Notes: generated from the sequence alone by a model not told the origin. Counted from the stretch's first letter, positions 18,324 to 28,710 are shown. The stretch is DNA of 64,000 bases from Candidatus Micrarchaeota archaeon (GCA_038046765.1 JBBSVN010000004.1:1-64000); one strand, 5' to 3'. Numbers and translations are program-made.

Positions 18324-19499
18324 ATGATAAGGATAGAAATAAACAGAAAGAATAAAGAATTATTTGTTAAAGAACCATCCGAAGTATCTTCGCTTTCAAA
18401 CGGATACTATGGATATATGGAAAAGGGAATTATCCGATTGACAATAGAAGAAGCACTTTATATCATGGATATAAGAAATGGAAAATGCTTTGATACGTTT
18501 GGAAATACATTTACATTTAACGACCTTATTCTAGAATTTATTGAAAAACCAAAACTTTTAGCACGTTACTTAACTTACAAAGACTGGAGAGATAAAGGGC
18601 TAATTTTAAGAGACATGACAGAAGCGCAAGGGAATTACGGAAGACATGCTAAGAAAAAGTATAAAACACAAAAATTGAAGATGGATGGGTATTCAATGGT
18701 TGCTGTTTTTTTTCCAGATGATTTACTTTCTCTTATAGATGATGCAATTACCGGAAAAGAATTATACGAAAGATATTGGATTGGACAATTTGGAACTTAT
18801 AAGGCAGCACACAGGGGCGCAATAAGCAAACTCGATGTATACGAAACATTATTTTTGATAAAACATGCCGGTCTTAAACTTAAAAATTCAACATTTGAAG
18901 AAGTTTGGAAAGCAGCAGATGAAAGAATAAAATATTTTGAAGATATGTACGCAGTTTATGAAGATTGGAGACTTCGGGGGTACGTACTTAAAACAGGTTT
19001 TAAATTCGGAACACATTTTAGAATTTATTTACCTGGAGCATCCCCAGTTCGCGAAGGCGATGAATGGATGCACTCAAAACACGTAGTACATATTTTTTCA
19101 AGAAAAAGTAAGATGATTATTAGTGAATGGGCTAGGGCTATTCGTGTTGCGCATAGCGTAAAAAAAACATTTATTTTAGGAATTCCAGGAAAGAAAACTG
19201 AAATAAAAGTTGATCCTAAAAAACCAAGATTAGATTTTCTGTTGTACCACCGACTAAAAGGCGGAATTGAAAATCCAAAGGAAGGAAAACCAAGGTTTTT
19301 GATGTACTCTTTAACAGAAGATGAAAATATTGGCGGTGAAGAATTAGCTAAGGCATTAGCTGAATGTAAACATTTTGGTTTAGAGATGGTTATGGCAATT
19401 AGCGACCGGGAAAGTAGCGTAACGTATTATGCGATAAAGGCAATTGAACTACCCGGAACAGAATACGAATACTTTGAAATTGAATGGGTACAACCATAA
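18324..19499 (+). CDS. endA: tRNA-intron endonuclease, three-unit (epsilon2-like) architecture
   Basis: Catalytic unit (KTGFKFGTHFRIY, HS, RVAHSVKK) lies mid-protein, followed by an extra unit ending EIEWVQP; GTYK loop; ATG 18324 preferred. Confidence 0.9.
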   Translation: MIRIEINRKNKELFVKEPSEVSSLSNGYYGYMEKGIIRLTIEEALYIMDIRNGKCFDTFGNTFTFNDLILEFIEKPKLLARYLTYKDWRDKGLILRDMTEAQGNYGRHAKKKYKTQKLKMDGYSMVAVFFPDDLLSLIDDAITGKELYERYWIGQFGTYKAAHRGAISKLDVYETLFLIKHAGLKLKNSTFEEVWKAADERIKYFEDMYAVYEDWRLRGYVLKTGFKFGTHFRIYLPGASPVREGDEWMHSKHVVHIFSRKSKMIISEWARAIRVAHSVKKTFILGIPGKKTEIKVDPKKPRLDFLLYHRLKGGIENPKEGKPRFLMYSLTEDENIGGEELAKALAECKHFGLEMVMAISDRESSVTYYAIKAIELPGTEYEYFEIEWVQP

Positions 19500-19553
19500 T
19501 TGTTTTCGATAAATATTTAAATATGCTTATACATATATACATATGGTGAATTT

Positions 19554-19814
19554 ATGAGTAATGTTTACATAACCTTAGATGATAAACATGAAAAAATGCT
19601 AAGACAACTTGCACAGGAGAAATATCAATCCAAAAAAGGCGCAATATCAGAAGTAGTTCAGGAAGCGATAGAAAATCTAAAGGAAATTGAATTTTCAAAA
19701 AAGGAAAAAAATCGGGCAAAAGCAAGATTACTTGAAAAACTAGACAAAGGATTCGATTTTGGATTAAAGGGAAGAAAAGCATATAATAAGAGAAATGATC
19801 TTTATGACAGATAA
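19554..19814 (+). CDS. RHH-like antitoxin
   Basis: NVYITLDD..KGAISEVVQEAI; overlaps the PIN gene. Confidence 0.75.
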   Translation: MSNVYITLDDKHEKMLRQLAQEKYQSKKGAISEVVQEAIENLKEIEFSKKEKNRAKARLLEKLDKGFDFGLKGRKAYNKRNDLYDR

Positions 19815-20226
19815 AGTCCTTATAGATTCAAATATACTGGTTTATGCATTTGATATATCAGATGGCAAAAAAAGAGACCATGCAAATGAAGTAATAAGAA
19901 AGTACCTTGAAAATGAATGCGCAGTTATTAGTGTTCAAAATATAGGTGAATTTTGCAAAAATGTTTGTGAAAAGATACCAAATAAATTAAGTTATCAACA
20001 AGCTAAGGAAATTTCACAAGACATTATCTATTCATTTCAAGTAGTTTTATACACCCCCGAAACATTTCTTAGGGCACTTGATTTATCCAGCTCTTTTGGC
20101 ATCCACTTTTGGGATGCATTAATCGCTGCGACTATGCAAGAAAATAATATAAAAGAAATAATAACAGAAAACGTTAGTGATTTTGAAAAAGTACCATGGA
20201 TAAAAGCAATTAATCCATTTAAATGA
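19804..20226 (+). CDS. PIN-domain (VapC-like) toxin
   Basis: LIDSNILVYA, QNIGEF, FWDALIAAT, TENVSDF. Confidence 0.92.
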   Translation: MTDKVLIDSNILVYAFDISDGKKRDHANEVIRKYLENECAVISVQNIGEFCKNVCEKIPNKLSYQQAKEISQDIIYSFQVVLYTPETFLRALDLSSSFGIHFWDALIAATMQENNIKEIITENVSDFEKVPWIKAINPFK

Positions 20227-20227
20227 A

Positions 20228-20306
20228 GCTAAAGGCTAAAAACCACCAGCTTATTAGCTCAAGACACAATGCCCAAGGCTCAAAGCTCATGGTTCAGGGC
20301 TAGAAT
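20228..20306. repeat. Degenerate GCTCANN heptamer array
   Basis: gctcaag acacaat gcccaag gctcaaa gctcatg gttcagg gctagaa. Confidence 0.7.
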
Positions 20307-20307
20307 T

Positions 20308-21699
20308 TTAGATTAATTTAATTAATCCCCTTCCAACTTCTGGGATCTGCCCACCAAATAATGAGGTAGTTGAAAGAACAAAACTTAATGTAAGCGTAAG
20401 CGAAATAAGCGGCAGGAAACAAATTACAATAGACATACTTTTAACAAGAGGACCAGAAACATAGCTAAAGAAGCTATCCAGATTTTCTCTTTGCGCGCCA
20501 AACCAATTAAGCATTTTTTGAGAATTGCTTACGCTAACTCCATTAAATTTCACATTCTGAGGTATAGATGGTAAACTACAAAGATAATTTTTAGTATCTT
20601 TTATATCACAACCTGCAATTGGATTGCCTTGTGAATTTATACACGCTGAAACAGTATCCCGGTCAAAAGTATAACTTGTAGAAATTGCACTTGAGAGGAC
20701 ATATGTCGCGGGAAATATTAAATAAAGACCAAGCGAAAGAGCAATCATATAAGCTCCTGCACCACGTGTTAATGGGAATGCTCTTAAAATAACTCCAAAT
20801 GAGATAAAAAATGTACCATAACTTTGTATGAAATTTAAAGTATGAATCATAACAAACGATGCCCAGCGATAGAAAATCATAATCTGCGAAAGGTTATTGA
20901 TACGCTCGGTTATGAATTTAAATGCAAAACCACTTGCTACTTCGCTCATAAATATTTCCAGGTAGATACTTGTTAAAGGTTCAACAACAAAACTTACAAT
21001 ACGAAGAGAACGCATTGCAGTAAGTATACAAGAATTAGCCGGATTAAGATAAAGTTTAGCCATATCAATAAGATTATAGTTGCTCGGAGGTCCAAGTGCG
21101 CCGATGTAATTTCTTGCGTAAGTAGCTGTAAACATTTTCCAGGCAGTCTGGGTAAAAAACTCCCCAGCTACCCGCACAAAAAAGATAATAAAAACAACCA
21201 ACAGCACAGTTGATACTGCAAAAACAAGTTCAGACTTTGCAGCTTGTTCAAGTTGACGCATATCTAATACCTTTGATAGGATAAACGCCATACCCGCAAG
21301 TATTACTGAAAGAAATGCGATACCGATTGCATAAAGCTCCCATTCCAGCGGACCAGATAACTGGCTTGTAATATTACCAGTAAGTAAATCAAAAATAGCG
21401 GGAGTTAGAGCATAAAGTAAAACTGCAACGAATATTGCAAAAATTATATTTGATAAATATACGCTAGCTCTTGCCCGTGTTTCAGCACCAAGCAGTTGCC
21501 CTGCTGCATAAAATAGTGCTGCAAAAATTATCAAAAATACAATAAGTAACCCAAGAATTTGCTGCGCTGCAATTATTGCACTTTGGATTTGTTGACCAAT
21601 CGGGTCAGCACCAAGCCCAGATAGATCAAAAGCATTAGCTAAGAGTATTGTCGCAACGAGCATGAAAAAGAATGTGAATTTTTTATTTAGAATATCCAT
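20308..21699 (-). CDS. Polytopic membrane protein, paralog 6, with pilin-like GAETRARA module
   Basis: GQLLGAETRARASVY; GVILRAFPLTRGAGAYMIA; C-terminal GLIKLI. Confidence 0.85.
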   Translation of the reverse strand: MDILNKKFTFFFMLVATILLANAFDLSGLGADPIGQQIQSAIIAAQQILGLLIVFLIIFAALFYAAGQLLGAETRARASVYLSNIIFAIFVAVLLYALTPAIFDLLTGNITSQLSGPLEWELYAIGIAFLSVILAGMAFILSKVLDMRQLEQAAKSELVFAVSTVLLVVFIIFFVRVAGEFFTQTAWKMFTATYARNYIGALGPPSNYNLIDMAKLYLNPANSCILTAMRSLRIVSFVVEPLTSIYLEIFMSEVASGFAFKFITERINNLSQIMIFYRWASFVMIHTLNFIQSYGTFFISFGVILRAFPLTRGAGAYMIALSLGLYLIFPATYVLSSAISTSYTFDRDTVSACINSQGNPIAGCDIKDTKNYLCSLPSIPQNVKFNGVSVSNSQKMLNWFGAQRENLDSFFSYVSGPLVKSMSIVICFLPLISLTLTLSFVLSTTSLFGGQIPEVGRGLIKLI

Positions 21700-21702
21700 A
21701 AA

Positions 21703-22812
21703 TTAAATCAACCTTGTTAACGAACTAATATCTACTTCTTCACCAATTATAGCGCTTGTAGATTTAACAAACTCAACTAATAATAGTGTATTTAATGCTG
21801 GGAAAAGGAATCCTAAGGCAAACACTAAACCAACCTGCGCAATAGGAATTAAAAATAAACTTGATAGGGCGTAACCGGGAATAACCTGAAGTGCATTTCC
21901 TACGTAATCAAACATATTTCCAGCCTTGTCTTTTAGAACCCCGCCAAAGGTCAGACTATTAAAATTGTCGCGAGATTCGCAAGGAAGCGGCTGGCCATTA
22001 TTATCAGTACAAACATCAGTATTTCCGATTTTTATGAACCCTTGTTGCCAGGCAAGGTTAAGCTGCTGACCAAAGGTAGTAAATAAAGCACCGGGCGCGG
22101 TTGCGATTTCGTTTGCCATTAAAATCAGAAATGGAAAGAAAAATAAGAATGCACAACCGATAGCAATTATCGTACCCCCCAGTCTACGGGTTGGTAAGAA
22201 ACACCTTAAGAAAATTCCGATTGGAAGAAAATATTTTAAAAATCCATAAACCGCAAACTGAAAAACATAAAGTTGTGCTTGGTTAACTAAGTAACCAATT
22301 GCCAGGGAAGTTAAAACATTGTAAAGTAATTGCTTTATTGGGGAAGCTAAACCGGCAAAAGGAGTAGCTACTAAACCAACTCCCATTGGACGAGCATATG
22401 GAGTCGTACTAGCTGCATGGTCGACAATTACATTTGCTGCATAATTTGTATCCATAATTCCACTAATTATCCTTGACGCACCTTTAAAATAAAGTTCAGT
22501 AGCCTCGTACATAAGAGTGGGCTGACCAGAGTAAGATGGAAATATAGTACCTGCCTGGAACGTTGCCATCGCATTAATTAGTGCACCAAGAACAAGCACA
22601 AGAAATATCGTAACTGCAATTTCATATATTTCAAATTTAACGTAGTTACTTAATCCGGGATTTTTGAAGAAATTTCCTAAAATATAGATAAACGCCAAGA
22701 TTGTTATCGATGTAGCTAAGGCTAAACCTGCTGCAGCTAACCAGCTTTGAGTAAGTGGGTCAAGCCCAAAACCCCCGCTTAAGGAAGTTACTAAATCCTG
22801 TAAATTTACCAT
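21703..22812 (-). CDS. Polytopic membrane protein, paralog 5
   Basis: GIFLRCFLPTRRLGGTIIA; C-terminal SLTRLI. Confidence 0.85.
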   Translation of the reverse strand: MVNLQDLVTSLSGGFGLDPLTQSWLAAAGLALATSITILAFIYILGNFFKNPGLSNYVKFEIYEIAVTIFLVLVLGALINAMATFQAGTIFPSYSGQPTLMYEATELYFKGASRIISGIMDTNYAANVIVDHAASTTPYARPMGVGLVATPFAGLASPIKQLLYNVLTSLAIGYLVNQAQLYVFQFAVYGFLKYFLPIGIFLRCFLPTRRLGGTIIAIGCAFLFFFPFLILMANEIATAPGALFTTFGQQLNLAWQQGFIKIGNTDVCTDNNGQPLPCESRDNFNSLTFGGVLKDKAGNMFDYVGNALQVIPGYALSSLFLIPIAQVGLVFALGFLFPALNTLLLVEFVKSTSAIIGEEVDISSLTRLI

Positions 22813-22822
22813 TTTGTTTCCT

Positions 22823-24115
22823 TTAAATTAATTTTACAAATCCAAAGAAATTAATTTCAATACTAAAGAACTTGGATAATTCCTTAGCACTTGTTAATGT
22901 TAAAAATATATTAATAAATGGAAGTAACAAACTTACGATTACGACATAATAAACGCTGCTTCGCATAAGTTCTAATCCCACCGTAAGCGCGGAATTTAGT
23001 ACGATTGGGAAAAATACTCCTGCAAATAAAATTGCAAGACCAAATATAAGGGCGCCAATACTAACTAGGCCGCTGCTGTTTATGAAATTAGCAACAACTG
23101 AACCGCTACTTGGAATCGTACTAACTAGCATGTTATGAATTTCATTATTCATTATGAAAGTAGCTGGGTACACAACTGCCAAACTAAAAGTTAAAGCGAA
23201 TAATGCTTCACCGGCTTTTCTTGTTGCTGGAAATGCACGAAGTAAAATTGCAGATGGAATAAACAAACTCCATGACCACTTTTTAATTAAGCATAATGCT
23301 ACAAGATGGAACATCCATTCGCCAATCGCAACCCCTAAAAATTGTGTTGAAAAACCAATCATATCGATTATGGGCCTAAACACAGGTCCCAAGTTGAAAG
23401 TAAACATTGCACGCCATACAAAACCGAACATAAGCGTTGCTGAGTATATAGTATGAATGATTGTATTGAAAATTAAAAGCATTGAATAGTTTTGTGTCAT
23501 TTCAAAAAGGATTCGTCTTGAATAGCTCATTGCAGCATCGATCATTGTATCTCCTGCCTGGAAAATAGGCGGACTTCCAACTAGCACGCTTCCTTGGTCA
23601 GTATAATTTAGGGTAAACCATACATTTACCGAAGCAATCACTGAGACTACAAACGCGAGTCTTACAAATGTAACACCCATTTCGTAAAATGCATCTTTTG
23701 CTTTTGCAATTAATGATGGAGATTGCATAAATTGCCCAAATAAATAGAGAAGTATTGCACCAAAACAGACTACTAAAGTTGCAAGTACTGCCGGGCCTAG
23801 CCAGTCTTGTATTGGGTCGCGCGTCCAGTTTCCATCGCATGTTCCTCTTTGCCATATCCAGCCAAATGGACCATTAACTGCGGCCGTACCTGTTTGAATA
23901 AAGTCACCTTTGGCTTGACATAACTTCGTCTGAACATCTTCTGAGAATGTTCGAAAAGCACTAACAGGAGTATTAGGTGGCACTGGTTTTGGATTACAAT
24001 CCTTATCATTTGGATTTTGCGTTGGATCATATGCATGAATTAAATTAACAAATAGTAGTAGTAAAAGCGCAACGCAAACGAATTTTAGTTTTTTATTTGA
24101 ATTTTGATTTTTCAT
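22823..24115 (-). CDS. Polytopic membrane protein, paralog 4
   Basis: AILLRAFPATRKAGEALFA; C-terminal GFVKLI. Confidence 0.85.
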   Translation of the reverse strand: MKNQNSNKKLKFVCVALLLLLFVNLIHAYDPTQNPNDKDCNPKPVPPNTPVSAFRTFSEDVQTKLCQAKGDFIQTGTAAVNGPFGWIWQRGTCDGNWTRDPIQDWLGPAVLATLVVCFGAILLYLFGQFMQSPSLIAKAKDAFYEMGVTFVRLAFVVSVIASVNVWFTLNYTDQGSVLVGSPPIFQAGDTMIDAAMSYSRRILFEMTQNYSMLLIFNTIIHTIYSATLMFGFVWRAMFTFNLGPVFRPIIDMIGFSTQFLGVAIGEWMFHLVALCLIKKWSWSLFIPSAILLRAFPATRKAGEALFALTFSLAVVYPATFIMNNEIHNMLVSTIPSSGSVVANFINSSGLVSIGALIFGLAILFAGVFFPIVLNSALTVGLELMRSSVYYVVIVSLLLPFINIFLTLTSAKELSKFFSIEINFFGFVKLI

Positions 24116-24136
24116 ATTATCAACTAAATTATGACA

Positions 24137-25522
24137 TTAAATTAAGTGTGTTAATCCTGCGATTTCTAAGTCACCACCTAAAGTTATTGAAAGGCTTCTT
24201 ATTGAAGCGATTGTAGTAAATATTGCAAGTATAAAGAAGAATCCGGAGAAAAATGAAAGCCTCGCAATTGCATCCATTAGCCCCCCATCTTCAAGGCCAT
24301 CATCAACAGCAATATCGCAACTTATTGTACTTGTAAGTTTTTTTACAAATGTATACATGTAATCCCCAAATGTTTCTACTTGTGAATTTGAAGGAGCTAA
24401 AGAACGGTCAAAAGGCCTTGGGTTCGGCATTCCACCTTGTTGATTAGCAGGATCATAAGGACTTCCTGCATCCCTAAATATTTCGAATGGTTGTTTTGGC
24501 GGGGCAGTAGTATAATCTGTAACAGCTTGTTGCAAATCGACATCAGGTAAATTAGGATTTAAGGAGGGAACTTTACCTTTAAAATATAGATAATCTGCGA
24601 TTGGTGGATTTTGCCATAGAGCACTGCCTTGCTGTCCATTAAGAGCTAGATACTGCCGTGCATCAATTTTTATCGCATTCATAACAAACGCACCAAATAC
24701 GTAAAACATAGGATAAATAAAGAATAGCGAGATCGCAATCGCCATGAGTAATCCACCCAATTTACGAGTATATGGAAACGACCGAAGTACAATACCTAAA
24801 GAGAGTAAAACCGGAAACAGAGCTTTTCCGATAAAAGTTACAAACACTTCCTGCAATTTTGTAATTGTCATAAGCTTTGTAATAAATTCGAACCCCATAG
24901 TTTTAATTTGATTGCCAATTACAAAACAGCCCCTCCACGGGTTAAAAATAAAGTTACCGCTTTTTTCAGTTAAAAGTTCGAAATTAACAGACATGTCTGC
25001 AATTGTAGAAGTGATTGTGTAGCTTTGGTATGTTTTAAATGCCATTGTGGAAAGTTCATTAAACAGGCTACCTAAAAAGTACATTGAAAGTTTAATATGA
25101 CAAAATGGAATCTGCTGGTAATTTGTACCCTGAAGATTTAGTGAACCGCCATTACATACAGCTGCTGCAAAAGTATCTGTTCCAAGCTGCTGGAAAACAA
25201 GATAATTTACAACAGTATCAAATGAAACGATTGCAAAAACGATTACCCCAAATAAAATTGCAGAGTAAAGAACCTCAAAAATTTCTGATTTTGCCCATGC
25301 TTTTAATTTATCATTGGAAATTGCGTTTGATATTACATAAACAATACTGATTAGGATTACAGATATGAGCATTAGTAAAAATGCTAACGCTATAACTTCC
25401 TGAGTTAAGTATTCTTCAAGTTGGACATAATTTGAGCCATAGCTTGATGGAAAAGATATCGCAAAGGCTAGTGATATTAGAATGATAAATGCAATCATCA
25501 CGAATTGTTTTTTTAATTTCAT
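24137..25522 (-). CDS. Polytopic membrane protein, paralog 3
   Basis: GIVLRSFPYTRKLGGLLMA; C-terminal GLTHLI; start moved to MKLKKQ to avoid overlap. Confidence 0.85.
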   Translation of the reverse strand: MKLKKQFVMIAFIILISLAFAISFPSSYGSNYVQLEEYLTQEVIALAFLLMLISVILISIVYVISNAISNDKLKAWAKSEIFEVLYSAILFGVIVFAIVSFDTVVNYLVFQQLGTDTFAAAVCNGGSLNLQGTNYQQIPFCHIKLSMYFLGSLFNELSTMAFKTYQSYTITSTIADMSVNFELLTEKSGNFIFNPWRGCFVIGNQIKTMGFEFITKLMTITKLQEVFVTFIGKALFPVLLSLGIVLRSFPYTRKLGGLLMAIAISLFFIYPMFYVFGAFVMNAIKIDARQYLALNGQQGSALWQNPPIADYLYFKGKVPSLNPNLPDVDLQQAVTDYTTAPPKQPFEIFRDAGSPYDPANQQGGMPNPRPFDRSLAPSNSQVETFGDYMYTFVKKLTSTISCDIAVDDGLEDGGLMDAIARLSFFSGFFFILAIFTTIASIRSLSITLGGDLEIAGLTHLI

Positions 25523-25550
25523 AAGTATCATACAAATTAATCGATATTTG

Positions 25551-26588
25551 TCACATACGGGCAAGTAAAAATTTAATAAATGCATTAACAAAGGCAAAGG
25601 TTATGCTTATTGCAAAAGCGGGCAGGAAGAAAGCAGGCAAAGACAAATAAGCCATTGAATTTAGTATAGGCACCAACCACAGTTCAATTTGAAATACGTT
25701 TATCCTGTATTCGGAAAACACATTTCTTAGTCCTTGACCAATTGCAGTTGTACCTAAACCACCAAATGAAGTTGGAACACCGGGACTTGCAATAAAACCA
25801 TAAACAAAATACTGTAATCCACAAAACATACTTATCAGGAATTTTGGGCTTTGATAACCTTTAAAAACAGCAAAAGAATTATTATCGGCTGCATAAAGAT
25901 CCTGCGTCACTCGTTCATTTATCACGTATACTAAGGGGAATATTACTTGAAAACCAATTGCAAGCGCGATTAGGAATACACCGGCTTCACGCGTAGGCGG
26001 AAAAAACCGGAGAATAATTCCGGCGGGAAGAAAGAATGCACCCATCGTCCCATTTACAAAATCCATTAGGATTAACTGTGCTTTTAATGAGGTTAAAACG
26101 GTAACAAGCCCATAACCGACGATATTCATTATAGATACGATTGAATCGATCGCGGGAAATAATTTATAAGTAATTGTAAGTACCTGCTCACCAAGCCTAC
26201 GCTGTAAGGTATTTAATATAGATAAACAAACCTGTATGGTAAAAACATCCTCCATACCATTTTGAACATCTATTGCATTTTTCTGGATAATTATAGATGC
26301 TACATCAGTAGCCCTAAGACCAGCCGTGTTTTGATTTAAGATTGTCTGACCTGGCAAATAATCTGCAACAAGACCTATCGCTATTGCGTCCGCACTGATA
26401 AAGAATGCGATTGCAAAAATCATAATCAAAAAGGAATTTATAAGTTCATTTAATTCCAGATTCAAATAAGCATCAAGTTCAGTGACTTTGAAGACCTTGG
26501 ATATGAAAAAGGTTATGATTACAAATAGCATGATAACGAAACTGATCAGAAATATTAACGGATAATATATTGAGATATCTATTGCCAT
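25551..26588 (-). CDS. Polytopic membrane protein, paralog 2
   Basis: GIILRFFPPTREAGVFLIA. Confidence 0.85.
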   Translation of the reverse strand: MAIDISIYYPLIFLISFVIMLFVIITFFISKVFKVTELDAYLNLELNELINSFLIMIFAIAFFISADAIAIGLVADYLPGQTILNQNTAGLRATDVASIIIQKNAIDVQNGMEDVFTIQVCLSILNTLQRRLGEQVLTITYKLFPAIDSIVSIMNIVGYGLVTVLTSLKAQLILMDFVNGTMGAFFLPAGIILRFFPPTREAGVFLIALAIGFQVIFPLVYVINERVTQDLYAADNNSFAVFKGYQSPKFLISMFCGLQYFVYGFIASPGVPTSFGGLGTTAIGQGLRNVFSEYRINVFQIELWLVPILNSMAYLSLPAFFLPAFAISITFAFVNAFIKFLLARM

Positions 26589-26593
26589 ATTAA

Positions 26594-26628
26594 TCAGCTT
26601 TGAGCATTGGGCAGTGAGCTTTGAGCCA
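26594..26628. repeat. TGAGCNN heptamer array (5 units) overlapping the 3' end of the four-helix-bundle gene
   Basis: tcagctt tgagcat tgggcag tgagctt tgagcca. Confidence 0.8.
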
Positions 26629-26995
26629 CCCCTACTTTAATATCTTTTGATATATCCCCAATGAAGGTATTTAACATCTTACTTAAGAGATCGATATCAT
26701 TAATAGTATTAGTATATAGATTATGATCGATGTAATCTAAGTCTTTAGATAAGAGGATAAAATGTTCGGATTCCTTAACTGAGCCGTATGAATTATAGAG
26801 AAATCTTAGAAAGTCTTTCTTAGATGCGCGTCCACAACCTTCAGCAATATTTGCACCGATTGAACTAGATGCACGCCTAAGTTGATTAGTTAAAGAAAAT
26901 TTTTTTGAGTCCGGAAAAGATTTTGTAATTTTGTATATTTTAAGAGTTAGTGCATAGCTTTTTTGCCATATATCTAGTTTTTTAAAATCACGCAT
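26594..26995 (-). CDS. Four-helix-bundle protein (23S rRNA IVS-protein / Avd-like fold)
   Basis: FKKLDIWQKS..FP..LTNQLRRASSSIGANIAEGCGR..FLRFL..GS..E. Confidence 0.92.
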   Translation of the reverse strand: MRDFKKLDIWQKSYALTLKIYKITKSFPDSKKFSLTNQLRRASSSIGANIAEGCGRASKKDFLRFLYNSYGSVKESEHFILLSKDLDYIDHNLYTNTINDIDLLSKMLNTFIGDISKDIKVGVAQSSLPNAQS

Positions 26996-27014
26996 ATTTA
27001 TCACTTGTTAATTA

Positions 27015-27156
27015 TCAGCAATGAGCAGTGTGTGGGCATTGGAACATGAACGAAACGAATCGTACGTTGCTCATTGCACCCACAACAGAGAAACTGTTGG
27101 GGGACAGTAAACAGTTATCCTGTTTACTGGACAAGGCTCACAGGCACATGGCTAAA
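27015..27156. repeat. Heptamer-bounded multi-hairpin element upstream of the four-helix-bundle gene
   Basis: GCAATGAGCA/TGCTCATTGC, CAACAG/CTGTTG and CAGTAAACAG/CTGTTTACTG stems. Confidence 0.7.
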
Positions 27157-28710
27157 TTATACTAACTTTGATAATCCAATTAATTCAACTTCTCCACCGA
27201 TTAACATTGCAATATTTCTATACATTGTTATTGAGATTATTAATTCTAGCACTGAAGTAAAAGTAACTAAACCTACGAAAGTACCAATAATCGTAACTTC
27301 TTGTACAACAAATTTAAAAAGTGCAGCACCAGACTGAGTTGGAAGGAACATCTGTCCAGTAAATATTACTGAAAGTGCATCACCATTTAGACCCCACATA
27401 AATTCTAGTATTGTCCAGATGGTTTTCGCACCAGATACGAATACACTTCCGATGTTTTTTGCCATATCACCGCCAGTTGCGATAAAACCAGCGTTTCCGT
27501 AGACTTTAGTTACTTCGTTTGATACAACATTAGGACGTTCGAACAACTTTTCTAATTCTTCAATTTTTTGATTGATCACGGATTGTTCACTAGCAAGATC
27601 AAAGTTTTCTGCATTTGGGAAAAACGATCCGAATTTTGGCACAAACGTAATGTCTCCGGGTTTATACACATCAAAAATCATGTAGCTGCTTAGCATAATA
27701 GATAGAGGATAAACAAAGTAGAGAATAATGCATATTGCAATTAAACTTGAACCAGTTGTACGAAAAAACGGAATCGCCCGAAGTGCAATTCCTAGTGGCA
27801 AAAGTAAAATTGGGATAGAATACTTGGCAAAATCCAGAATAAACTGTTTTGCCCATATAGCCATCATAAGATAACCAATTGCCTCTACTACAACCGTGTG
27901 TGCGTTACTTAAAAGTACAAGACCATCGTAAGGCGCGAATGAAACAGTAATAAGGTTTGCCCCAGGCAGAAAAGTACCTATGGGAAATGACAGTGTAGAA
28001 AGAAAACCAACTAAAACTTCAAATAGGTAAAGCTGAGTGTAAAATCCCTTAAGCTTAGTAAAAAGAATATCAAGTGTTCCTCGGGCGAGGTCAATCTGGA
28101 ATCCAGGGTTATTTAGGTTAGCCCCGAGGCTACTACACGCACTTTGCGAGCCCATGCAAATTAAGCCTCGCGTAAGATTATTAAAAAATCCATCGAAGAA
28201 TACCCAGAGAAAAATTATCAGGACAGATAGGATCAGAGCAGCAACCTCATCTTTAGCCATTGCGTTTAATTGAGGCGATTGGAAAAAATAGCTTGCAAAA
28301 AAATACATTGCAGAAATTAGTGCACCAAGAACTAGGGACATCATAATAAATTGAATAAATACCTGCGAAGCTCTAGGAGCAAAAAAGAATAATGGAATTC
28401 CATTTGAAGAATCGAGCATTGCAATTATTGCGTTTATGATTACATAAAAGAGCAGACCGATAATGGCGCCCGTAAATAAACTGGTTGCCCAGACATTCGC
28501 CCTTGCACGCGTTTCAGCTCCAAATAATTGACCAATTACATAAGCTACCGCAGAGAGTACGATAAGTAAAGTAGCAACGATTGGGACAACGGAATTAAGA
28601 AGGTCGCGAATATCACTTAACGAAGATGCGAAATCAGTTACTTGTGCGAAATTAAGTGATAAAAGTAGGACTAAGAAGAACGCAAATCGTATTGAACCTC
28701 CAAATCGCAT
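27157..28710 (-). CDS. Polytopic membrane protein, paralog 1, with pilin-like GAETRARA module
   Basis: GQLFGAETRARANVW; GIALRAIPFFRTTGSSLIA; C-terminal GLSKLV; start ATG 28710 avoids overlap with leuS. Confidence 0.85.
   Translation of the reverse strand: MRFGGSIRFAFFLVLLLSLNFAQVTDFASSLSDIRDLLNSVVPIVATLLIVLSAVAYVIGQLFGAETRARANVWATSLFTGAIIGLLFYVIINAIIAMLDSSNGIPLFFFAPRASQVFIQFIMMSLVLGALISAMYFFASYFFQSPQLNAMAKDEVAALILSVLIIFLWVFFDGFFNNLTRGLICMGSQSACSSLGANLNNPGFQIDLARGTLDILFTKLKGFYTQLYLFEVLVGFLSTLSFPIGTFLPGANLITVSFAPYDGLVLLSNAHTVVVEAIGYLMMAIWAKQFILDFAKYSIPILLLPLGIALRAIPFFRTTGSSLIAICIILYFVYPLSIMLSSYMIFDVYKPGDITFVPKFGSFFPNAENFDLASEQSVINQKIEELEKLFERPNVVSNEVTKVYGNAGFIATGGDMAKNIGSVFVSGAKTIWTILEFMWGLNGDALSVIFTGQMFLPTQSGAALFKFVVQEVTIIGTFVGLVTFTSVLELIISITMYRNIAMLIGGEVELIGLSKLV

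Noticed and set aside
20228..20306. Heptamer arrays as CRISPR repeats
   Set aside because: 7-nt degenerate period, no unique spacers, and no cas genes in the window
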